The position numbers and the translations under genes were made by a program. Below, piece by piece: positions 22,825-32,026 of a stretch of DNA of 64,000 nt (position 1 is its first letter; every line of letters begins with the position of its first letter). Below the pieces are notes generated by a model that saw only the letters and a list, made by a program, of their open reading frames with translations, searched no databases and was not told where the DNA came from. The DNA comes from Rebecca billardiae RCC1528 (lineage: Eukaryota > Protista > Haptophyta), in assembly GCA_965240325.2 (NCBI GenBank), contig OZ251223.1:744001-808000 (forward strand), read 5' to 3'.

Positions 22825-24758
22825 GGCCCGCGGTGCAGGGCGGAGCGCGTAGCGTGGAGCCCCGCCGGGGGCCCTCACTACGTTGTCAAAAAGATCTTTT
22901 GATCAAAGAAAAGGGGACGGGGGACGATTTTGAGGGCTGTTGGAGGGTGAATTTTCGCTTTTTCGAGGGGTACGTACCGTACATTGCTGTCTATCCGCAA
23001 GACGCGATTGACGAAATAAGCGCGCCCGCCAATTCGCCGTATGTCGATGGACGGACGTGGGATCAGATACCCCGGGGGTGAAACAAGTGAGTATTCCTAC
23101 CCCTCTTGTATGCTGAAGTACGAGTTTGCCGAGCGACGTTTGATTGTTTTGGGTCGAAAACAGCTATGAGGCCAGATTCTTTTGAATAGTGCTTGTTTAA
23201 ATACGTTACCCGCCTGCCTCGATGGATGAACCGCCTCGTCATATTAAAAGAGATATTCTTTTCAATAGCGCTTGTCCAACCAAGTTACCCGTCTGCCTCG
23301 ATGGATGAACCTCCTGTGTCATAATGAAGGGATTGTTTTGAATAGCGCTGGTTAAACCAAGTTACCCGCCTGCCTCGATGGATGAACCTCCTTTGCCATA
23401 ATGAAAGAAAAACGGGTTACCCGCCCGCCAGCGTCTCGCGACGAGGACGGGTGCCCAAGCGGCAAGCGCGCACATCATGATCATCGCCGTCGGCGGGCCC
23501 ATCTTCGGCCGGCTCGAGCTGATGCACATCACGACGCTCAAGCAGGCGCTGTCCGTACCGACGTTGGCGCGCCTCCAGCGGATGGTCGACAAAGCACCCG
23601 TGGGCGAAGGAGGACCACAATCATGGCCGAGTCATCGGAGACGTCGCTGACCTCGCGGCTTCAAACATCCTGAACCGCTCAGCCGGTTGCCACCGCGGCC
23701 GAGCGGTGCGCGCTCGCCACCGCGGCCGGCGCTGTGCACGGGCGTGCTGAGCCCGGGCCGCGTGAGCTCGCCCACCTCGCCCGGCGCGCACGCCGACGCC
23801 GCCACCGCGGCTCGGCGGCCGGACTCATCTCGGCCCGCAGCGCGTGCGTCCCCCCGAGGCGGCGCGCGCCGCCGTCGCCGCCGCGCAGGCCGTGCACTCG
23901 GTGGATGAGGAGACGGCCCTGCTGCGCGCGGAGCGCTGCGCGCCGCGCGCTGCTCCTGCTGCGGCGCGCAGTAGTCCGCTCGTCCGCCCCGCGGGCTCGC
24001 CACGGAGCCGACGAGCGCGATGACGACAATCGAATGAGCACGAGTGCGCACGGAGGCGCTGGGCGCCGAGCTGGCGAAGCGCGGCGCCGAGCTCGACGCG
24101 CTGCGCGACGCGGCGACGGACGCGCTGGGCGCGCGCGGCGCCCTCGTCGCGACGCCCCGTGCAGCAGCTCGAGCAGCCAGCTGTGGAGTAGACGGCCGTC
24201 GACTCGAGGGCGCCACCGCGCCGGGTGAGTGAGCACGCACGGGCTCCGCCTCGGTCGGAGGCTGGCTGGCCGCCGCCGTGGCTTCGAGGCCGACGCGGCG
24301 GAGGAGGCGGCGGGCGAGCACGGTGGCGCGGTGGAGCAGGCGCGCACGCGCGGCGGCAGGCGCGACCCGCCGCTCGCCTCGTTCCACCCCGAGCTCCGCT
24401 CGGTCTCGCCTCTCGGTGCGCGGCTGCGCAGCGCCGTGAGCGCAGGCTGGGGCCGCTGGGGGTGGGGCCAGCAGAGTGGTGCGCGCTCTCGCTCTGCCGG
24501 CACGAGGCGCGCCGGCTGAGCGACCAGCGGCCCGTCGTCGAGCGCGTGGCGCAGCGCGAGCACCTCAAGGCAGGCTCGCCCTGCGCGCGCGCGCCGCTGC
24601 CCCGGCCGCCGTCCGTACTTCTTCGCGCGGGCCCGCGGCGACAGTCCTCATCGGCCCGCCATGTTGACGACCAGACTGAGACAGCAGCCGACGGAGGGTG
24701 CACCGCGGGCCCCTAACTACGTTGGTTCTACGGAAGGACCGCGGAACGCGGTCATTAC
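22825..24758 (+). mobile_element. Non-autonomous Helentron/Helitron2-like element, copy 1
   Basis: 5' ggcccgcggtgca (22825-22837) is the perfect inverted repeat of subterminal tgcaccgcgggcc (24699-24711). 3' hairpin gaccgcg-gaa-cgcggtc (24737-24753). The ~230-bp 5' block, ~60-bp 3' block and internal cargo are homologous to 58755-60729. Confidence 0.7.
23175..23425. repeat. ~77-79-bp tandem repeat (about 3 units) inside element copy 1
   Basis: gttacccgcctgcctcgatggatgaacc or a close variant at 23205, 23284 and 23361, with a partial copy at 23416. Confidence 0.9.
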
Positions 24759-24909
24759 ATCTTATTGACATGCTGGATATCGTCGGCGGGATCACTGCCT
24801 CTGATGATCTACAATCGCTCCTAGACCAGGCCCCAGGCGGTCCCTTGGACGATCGATATGACTATGTGACGGCCAGATGGATCTTACGGTTAAATCAGCC
24901 AAACCTCAT

Positions 24910-24958
24910 AGAGATGAGAGAGAGGGAGAGAGAGAGAGAGAGAGAGACTGAGAGAGAG
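24910..24958. repeat. (GA)n microsatellite
   Basis: Visible GA array. Confidence 0.9.
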
Positions 24959-25198
24959 AATATATATATCGAGACGGTGCTAAGTGAATAACTAGTCACC
25001 GAGTCCGGGATGTAATAGCGCGCGCGCCTGGCCGTGAGGAGTGACCCGGGCCCGGCGTCGGTCAGCGCCTGACGAGCGCAGCCGCTGGCAGCCGCGGCGC
25101 GGACCTGCGGTGAGTCAGCGCCAGCGCTGCAACAGCGCAGTGCCATAAAGACTGGCCGCTTCGGCGGCTCTCTCATAGCTTGTTCCTGACTGCGCCAG

Positions 25199-26108
25199 GG
25201 CCTGTTTTATTTCTACGAGAGCCCAACGGCGACATTCGCCAAAACCGGGTAAAATGGCGGCTTGCCCGCTGGTGGTGGGTGCCGGCGCGATTGCGGAGTA
25301 GGGATGGCACGTCGTTGGCGCATGTTCGTACTAGGGCGCTGAGCTGTAGCGAAAGGTGTTGCCAAGGCATGCTGCTTAGCCTTGCCATGGTGCTTCGCCA
25401 TGACACAGAGGTCACTCGCAGCGCACGGCGGTGTGACGATCGCCGCGCCGCGGCGGCAAACCGCAGTTGCGGGCGCGCTGCGAGCTGCAAGCACTCTGCC
25501 TTGGCTGCGTCGCGCCCGTGTCAGTTGTTGAACCAGGATTGTTGAACAACCGATGGGCTGCAAACGATACCAGCTACACTCGCTCCGCCGCCACTTCCTT
25601 GTCGAGCGTGAGATGCTTCCGTTGCGTGCGCTCGCATGCAGCTTGCCGCCTGCATTTGAACGTGGTCACGGCAGGTTGGTGGGCTGGTTGCTCAGGCCTC
25701 CTCGGCGTAGATGACGACAGGGTGCGTGCCACGCGCACCCATGACGCGGGAAAGGCGTGCACACGCGTCCTCGCGCATCTGGCAGGCTGCAGTCTTGGCC
25801 AAGATGATGCCAGAACAAGCCTGCCAGTGCCTCGCCGCGCGGGCGCGAGCGCGCAGAGAGATCTGGCTTCTGACCCGTGCTCTTCAGTGTACCTCGTGTG
25901 CGACGACGACGAGGCGGACGAGCGCCGCAACTGGATTCCTGCACTCACCGGTCACCGAGGAGTGCAGGAATCGCATTCCTCGCGCACGCCGGGGCCGCCA
26001 TCGGCCGTGAGAGGTACACTGAACGGGGCGTGACACCGATTCCCACTGGCGGGCACGGGTTTGTCGCCGTGACATAGTAAATGGAATCTGGTAGAAATAA
26101 AACAGGCC
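25199..26108. mobile_element. Putative non-autonomous TIR DNA transposon (~910 bp)
   Basis: Perfect 18-bp inverted repeat ggcctgttttatttctac (25199-25216) / gtagaaataaaacaggcc (26091-26108), plus an inverted 9-mer acggcgaca/tgtcgccgt just inside each end. No TSD recognised. Confidence 0.6.
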
Positions 26109-26564
26109 TACCGTGAAAACTGAAATCGACGCAAAAAAAGATTTTCGCGCATTGGCGGAAACGCGGGGCCCGGCCGCCCGTCAGGCTGGCGTGCGCCGCT
26201 GGCGAAACGCACTGGGGCTTGACCACTCGGACCTTCGGCCGTCAGACAGGAGGTCGTCTACCGCCCGCGCGCCGCGGCCTCGCACGGCGCGGAGAGGCCG
26301 ATCCAGGGGGCGACAACCGCTTGGGCGCGGTCTACCTTGACGCCCTCGAGGCGCCCACAGCGCCGAACGACCCTACACAGCTCACCTCGCCGCGCGCGAG
26401 CGCGTTCAAAACGGCCTCCATCGAGGCTCTCTGCTGCGGCCAGTCTTTATGCCCATGCTAGTCAATTTATTATTATAATAAGTCATCAACTTATTACTTA
26501 AAAGTAGTGTCTGAGAGGATATAGACTTCGTTATTGCAAGCTACTTTTAAGATCGAGTGAGACT

Positions 26565-26765
26565 CGGGCTCTCTCTCGACTCTGGCTCTCTCTCACACAC
26601 TCTCTCTCGTCTCTGCCTCTGGCACTCACTCCCGTCTGTCACCGGTCCGCGCGGCGGCGCGGCCGGACAGTGTCGCGGATCGGGCGGATAGATCAGCCGC
26701 ATCGGCTTGACTCTCTCGGCTCCGCCGTCTCTCCGTCTCTCTCTCTAGCTCCGTCTCTCTCTCTA
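26565..26765. repeat. Degenerate (CT)n-rich low-complexity tract
   Basis: Interrupted ctctct runs. Confidence 0.7.
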
Positions 26766-26968
26766 CTTATTTGTAGTGACGTAGAGTAGTGGGCGCGGGG
26801 CAGTTTGAGTCCTTCTTCTCAGACTATTCTTCGGAGGACTTCACTCCGATCGCCCGGGGGCGATCGATCGGCAAGTTTCGCATAGCTTACCGACCCATTC
26901 TTGCGCGGTAACGCGGCCATTCCGCGACGAGTAGCTCATCACTTTGGAATGTGACGTGCCGTGGTTCA

Positions 26969-27607
26969 TTAGAGGTCCTTCTTCTCTGCCAGGTGCGTCG
27001 CATCCTGCTCGAAGAGCTGGTCCTTCATGTCATGATTCTGACTGAGGAGCTTGAGGAGCTCGCCCGATTGCGAGGAGACGGTTGTGCGCAGCGTTCGCAA
27101 TGAATCCTCTCGTGTGACCATCTGCTTGCGCACAGACGCGAGCTCGACACGCAGGCGCTTGATCTCGGCGTCGCGTTCGTCGAGTATCGTATCGAACGCC
27201 TCCTGCTGGCGCAGCGCTTGCGTGCGCAGGGCCTCTTCCGAGATGCTTCGCCGCCCAGCGCCACCAAGCACGCTAAAGGCCATGCATGCTAGCGAAGCAA
27301 ACGTGAGGATGCCAAGCTCGAGTCGTAGCCGAACATCGGCCGCATGACGGAGGCCGTGGTGCGCTTCGGCCATCACAATCACGAATGTGCCGCTGACCAC
27401 CACCCACGCGCGCCACATGTGCACGCTCTGGCTGCACACACATGCCCGTGCGAGCAGGTCCCTCCAATTATCGCTGGGGTCCACGTGGCCCATGCCCACG
27501 ACGAGCGCATCCGCAAAGAAGATGAGTGCCAGGCAGATGGCCGCGGCCATTGCGAGGGTCACTACCCATTCGAGTCGGCCGATGAGCGGCCCGACCACGG
27601 CGAGCAT
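26969..27607 (-). CDS. Hypothetical membrane protein with C-terminal coiled coil
   Basis: 212-aa ORF with about 3 hydrophobic segments, then heptad-rich LRQQEAFDTILDERDAEIKRLRVELASVRKQ. Confidence 0.65.
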   Translation of the reverse strand: MLAVVGPLIGRLEWVVTLAMAAAICLALIFFADALVVGMGHVDPSDNWRDLLARACVCSQSVHMWRAWVVVSGTFVIVMAEAHHGLRHAADVRLRLELGILTFASLACMAFSVLGGAGRRSISEEALRTQALRQQEAFDTILDERDAEIKRLRVELASVRKQMVTREDSLRTLRTTVSSQSGELLKLLSQNHDMKDQLFEQDATHLAEKKDL

Positions 27608-27757
27608 GCCACAAGGCGCCTTGAACCTGCTCCCCCCTGCCCACCTGCCTCCACCTGGAGCTGGCCCTTGGCGCCGGCGGGTACCGCATCCGGGCAGCCC
27701 TTTTATTCGCCGGACGCACGCAGGCAGACGTCACCGCGCCGTGTCGGGCGGGCAGCA

Positions 27758-28522
27758 ATGGCGGGCCAGGAGGTCGAGACGGTGTACGTTCGCAATCTGA
27801 ACGAGCGCGTGAAGCTCGAGCCGCTAAAGAAGGCTCTGTTTGTCGCATTCTCGCAATTTGGTGAGGTCATAGACGTGGTCGCCCGCCGTTCCGTGCAAAT
27901 GCGCGGGCAGGCCTTCGTCGTCTTTGCTGATCCCGAAGCAGCGCGGCGCGCTGCCAACGACATGGGCGACTTTCCCCTGTTTGACAAGCCCATGCAGGTG
28001 GCGCTCGCGCGGGTGCGATCCGACGTGAGGACCAAGGCCGACGGTACCTACGTCAAACGCGAGCGCGTGAAGCGTCCCGCCGTGCCCGTGCGCGCTGGTG
28101 ACGACGGTGACGAGCTCGCGCGCGCGAAGCGAGGCCGTTGGTCAGAGCCTGCGGACGACGGTGCAGCGATGGACGCGGATGGGCCGGCCGGCGGGCACGA
28201 AGCCCCATCGATGCCTGACACAGCAGCCAGCATGGCTGCGCGAGCACGCGGCCCGGCGGCCCTTGGTGGCCCTGCGATCGCAGCAGCACCACACGAGACA
28301 CTCTTCCTGCAGAGCCTGCCTGACGACGTCACCGACATGGCGCTGCAGATGCTCTTCCAGCAGTACCCGGGGTTCAAGCAGGTGCGGCTTGTGCCCGGGC
28401 GCAAGGGCATCGCATTCGTGGACTTTGAGTCGCCGGCGCAGTCCGAAGCCGCGCTGCAGGGCCTGCAAGGCTTCAAGCTGAGCGAGGACCATCTGATGCA
28501 GATCACATTTGCAAAGCGCTGA
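27758..28522 (+). CDS. U1A/U2B'' (SNF-like) snRNP protein, two RRMs
   Basis: RRM1 TVYVRNLNERVK...LFVAFSQFG...MRGQAFVVF; RRM2 TLFLQSLP...LFQQYPGFKQVRLVPGRKGIAFVDF...LQGFKL..MQITFAKR. Confidence 0.93.
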   Translation: MAGQEVETVYVRNLNERVKLEPLKKALFVAFSQFGEVIDVVARRSVQMRGQAFVVFADPEAARRAANDMGDFPLFDKPMQVALARVRSDVRTKADGTYVKRERVKRPAVPVRAGDDGDELARAKRGRWSEPADDGAAMDADGPAGGHEAPSMPDTAASMAARARGPAALGGPAIAAAPHETLFLQSLPDDVTDMALQMLFQQYPGFKQVRLVPGRKGIAFVDFESPAQSEAALQGLQGFKLSEDHLMQITFAKR

Positions 28523-28870
28523 GGTACCACGGTCCACGCCGCAATGATGAACACCGTTGGCCGTCAACAAGGGGTCGCGCGCGTGCCTCGTCCGCGACTG
28601 CAGCGCGCGGCATCGGAGCTGAGACATCGGCAAGGGCCTGCCCCCGCTGGCCTCGGCGCCGATCGCCTCCGCAAGCCCAGATCGCAGCGGTGCCCGTCAA
28701 TGTCATCACTCATCCGAGCCGCGGCCGCCCGTTACCGGGCTGTGAACCGTACTGATTAACTGAACTACTGAACTACGTCTACTGAACTCGGTTACGGCCG
28801 TTACGGGTAGTAGACGACGCAGGCATGGCCAGCAGACTGATCAGTCAGATGCATGTCATATACGCGCCTG

Positions 28871-29569
28871 CTATCGCCCTCGCGCAAGCCGCATGCCTAA
28901 CAGCATGCACAGCACACATAGGAGGCCGCCGACGCCCCCGCTCGCAAGCCGCAGGCTGAGGCGCCCGCTGCTAACAGTGCTGGTGCTGCCCCCCCTGCAG
29001 CCCAACGAGCCCGATGAGGCATCCGCATCAGGGCCAGCTGGTTGCTCGCAAGACCGCTTCACTGCATCATCGGCACGGGGCGGGTCTCCGCTGGGTCGAG
29101 TCCGCGTCCCTGCGGCCGCGAGGAACTTGCGCGCGAAGCTTGCGACGGCGTCCTCCACGTCAGTGTCCACACCCACATCGACGACTGAGCACAGCTCCTT
29201 CTCGCTCCCGCCCACGGCTTTCCAAAACTTGGCGCTTGCGGCAATTGCACTCGGGCGAAGAGCAGCGGAACTGTTCATGCACGCCGATGTCACGACGGTG
29301 AGCATGGCCACCGTGGGCGAATCGGCAAAGGACGCACCGCCGCCCGCACGAATCCATCGCCGCGTCCCGAGCGAGAGGGAGCCCTCCTCGTCCACTTCGA
29401 CGACGAAGAGGGCGGACGTCTTCGACGGATGCGTGGCGCCATCGAGGGGGATCACGCGGTAATCCGTGCCGCAAAGTGCCGAGCCAAGCAGCTCGGCGAC
29501 CTGCGACGCCGCGTCTCCGCCGCTGATGACGACGCAAGGGCCGTCGTTCATGCTTTCGCCGACGGCCAT
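28871..29569 (-). CDS. Hypothetical protein, possible degenerate flavodoxin-like fold with C-terminal tail anchor
   Basis: Alternating beta/alpha pattern (CVVISGGDAASQVAELL...ALFVVEVDEEGSL...TVAMLTV) and hydrophobic C-terminus GGLLCVLCMLLGM. The fold call is inferred. Confidence 0.55.
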   Translation of the reverse strand: MAVGESMNDGPCVVISGGDAASQVAELLGSALCGTDYRVIPLDGATHPSKTSALFVVEVDEEGSLSLGTRRWIRAGGGASFADSPTVAMLTVVTSACMNSSAALRPSAIAASAKFWKAVGGSEKELCSVVDVGVDTDVEDAVASFARKFLAAAGTRTRPSGDPPRADDAVKRSCEQPAGPDADASSGSLGCRGGSTSTVSSGRLSLRLASGGVGGLLCVLCMLLGMRLARGR

Positions 29570-29660
29570 GCTCAAGAACTGTCTGTCGGCAGTGAGTGCC
29601 CCGCGTCAGTGCGTCACCGCGTGGGGCGGCCGGGCGGGCGATGGCGGCTTAGACCCCCGC

Positions 29661-31382
29661 ATGCCGGCCGACGACGGGCCCACCTCCGGGCGTGGGGGCA
29701 GCCCCTTCGCGCGCGTGGTCGTGCATGCGACTGAGGGCCACGCTCTGTCCCACCACCTTGCCCTCAGCGCGACCTTCTCGCGCGCGCTCCGTCCGGCCGA
29801 TGCCACGCCTGCCGCCTTCGTCGACGCTGAGCCCGCGCACGCGTGCGAGCCGGTGGCCGGGGTCGAGCGGGGATCGTGCGTGGTCATCCAGCGAGGTGGG
29901 TGCTCCTTCGAGGACAAGGCGATGAACGCTCAGGCCGCCGGCGCGCATTCCGCCCTCGTCGTCAACCACGTGGACGAGCTCGTGCGAATGGACACAAGCG
30001 CGAGCGATCTGCTCGTCGACATTTTTGTCGCACTCGTGGCGAACTCGACGGGCGCGCGGCTTGCGCTGGCGCGGCAGAGCTCGGCGCTCGCCGTCTCGTT
30101 CAGCGCCGCCGATCCGGAGGACGAGACGGACGACGACCTCTTCGGCCCGCCTGACGAGCCGCCGCCACTGCACGACGGCCACGTGAGACCTGGAGCGCTG
30201 CTCGCGCTCGCGTCCATCGTCCTCGCGTGCGTGAGTGTGCTGCCGCTGTGCACGCGGCGTCTGCGCTCTGGTGTGCCGCCGGCCGTCGGCTCCCCGCCGA
30301 CGCACCACCTGCCCCCCTGGCGCGCCGCCGCGGCCGCCGCCGCCGAGCACGGCGCGCGCGCGCTCGTCTGCGCGTGCTTTGTCGAGGACGGGCTCCGCGT
30401 GCTGCTGCAGTGGCGGCGGCAGATGGAGTGGATGCTGGTGCTGCCGCTCTTCCGCACGGCGGCACGGCGCCGCGCCTTCGGACGCGTCGCGCTCGTCCTC
30501 AGCGCCGGCGTGCAGCTCGTCGGCGCCGCGTGCGTGCTCGCGCGCGTGCGCGTGCGCGCGGCGTGCGCCGCGCTCGGCTGCTGGCTCAGTGTGCAGCCCC
30601 TGTTGTACGGGCAAGCGCTCAACGCGCGGCTGCTGTGCTCGTCGGCGGCGGTGGGCGGCGCGCTGTACGCGATCGTGCAGCGCGCGCCGCATCGAGCCGC
30701 GGGGCCTTCGCCATGGCCTGCCGACGCGCACTCCCTCCGGCCGATCGGCGGCGCGGGCGCGGGCGGCGGCACGATGGGCGCGCGCCAATCCAGCCCGGCC
30801 AAGGGCGGCGCGCGCGCGCGCGCGCGCGCGAACCGACTGCTGCAGAGCGCGCTGTACCTGTACGAGGGCGCGGTGCTCCCGGCGCTGCACGGCGCGCGGC
30901 GCGCTGCGACGGCAAGGGACGCCGGCCACGGCCTCGCTGTCCTCGCCCTCGAGGCGGGCCTCGCCCTCTGCGCGCTGCTGGCTGGCTGCGTGCTGGTAGC
31001 CCAGCTCGTGCTCGGTGCCGCCAGCGGGTCCGGGGCGCGCGCGCCCGCGCTCCAGCTGAGTGCGATGGTGCTGGCGTACGCGGCGTTCGCGCATCCGTTC
31101 TGGGCGACAGCGGATGCGTTCGAGGCGGACGCGCACCGCTTCGCCTTCTTCCACGCGCTCTCCTCCGCCGGCGGGCTGCTGCTGATCGCCTTGGCGCATG
31201 ACGACAGCGAGGGCGGCAGCGCGGTCGTGCCGACGCGCGACGGGGACGCCGTCGGCGGCGCGGAGCTGCCGCTGCGCGAGCGCCCGCCGGGCCTCCTCGG
31301 TGAGGCAGGCCTGCCGGGGCGGAGCGGCATGGAGGTCATACGCGAGAGAAGGGGCATGGGCTTCCCCGCGCACTCCCCTTGA
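29661..31382 (+). CDS. PA (protease-associated) domain - TM - SURF4/Erv29-like fusion protein
   Basis: PA motif AEPAHACEP...VVIQRGGCSFEDKAMNAQAAGAHSALVVN. SURF4-like motifs ARALVCACFVEDGLRVLLQWRRQMEWM and FW......RFAFFHALSSAGGLLLIAL lie in the same uninterrupted ORF. Confidence 0.75.
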   Translation: MPADDGPTSGRGGSPFARVVVHATEGHALSHHLALSATFSRALRPADATPAAFVDAEPAHACEPVAGVERGSCVVIQRGGCSFEDKAMNAQAAGAHSALVVNHVDELVRMDTSASDLLVDIFVALVANSTGARLALARQSSALAVSFSAADPEDETDDDLFGPPDEPPPLHDGHVRPGALLALASIVLACVSVLPLCTRRLRSGVPPAVGSPPTHHLPPWRAAAAAAAEHGARALVCACFVEDGLRVLLQWRRQMEWMLVLPLFRTAARRRAFGRVALVLSAGVQLVGAACVLARVRVRAACAALGCWLSVQPLLYGQALNARLLCSSAAVGGALYAIVQRAPHRAAGPSPWPADAHSLRPIGGAGAGGGTMGARQSSPAKGGARARARANRLLQSALYLYEGAVLPALHGARRAATARDAGHGLAVLALEAGLALCALLAGCVLVAQLVLGAASGSGARAPALQLSAMVLAYAAFAHPFWATADAFEADAHRFAFFHALSSAGGLLLIALAHDDSEGGSAVVPTRDGDAVGGAELPLRERPPGLLGEAGLPGRSGMEVIRERRGMGFPAHSP

Positions 31383-32026
31383 CGAGACCTCGCGGGTAAA
31401 GCCGTAAAGCGGTCGCGAGCAGAGCTGCCAGCTGCGACGATGCGATGCGCCGTACGTCAACGACGGTCCACGTGCCACGGGCACGTTGACGTGGCAGCGC
31501 TGAGCAAGCCCGCGGGCGCAGTGGCGGAAAATATATTATTGGTTGTCAATGGTAACGACAATATATATGTGTGTGTGTATATATATATATTACGACTACG
31601 CTGATGCTAAATTATTAGACTATACCGTTCACGAGACACGAGTCGTCTGAGACCGACGACTGCTTACACCGAGACCGGTATATATATATATATATACATA
31701 ATATGCGCTCATCCACTCGGATCCGCAGACGGATACTCAGAGCTCATCGCGCGCCCGCGCGTCATTCAGTGTCACACGGTTCACGGGTTCACTGTCAGAC
31801 GGACGCTCATCACAGCGATTACTGGATTAGTCATCAGACGCGGCTTATTGATAATTCCGTGCCGAAGCACTGACTCGATCATCATCATATATATCGTATT
31901 ATCGACCGGATTAAATAGTACGTACGACTATAGTAGATCGAGTATAGTACTAGTAGCGGAGTGACTAGGACTGATGAATCCTGATGCTCATCATGCGCGC
32001 ATCGATCTTACTCGATTAGCAGCTTA

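Noticed and set aside
23175-23425. Possible CRISPR array or ncRNA cluster
   Set aside because: The inter-repeat segments are similar to each other, so this is a tandem minisatellite rather than repeat-spacer.
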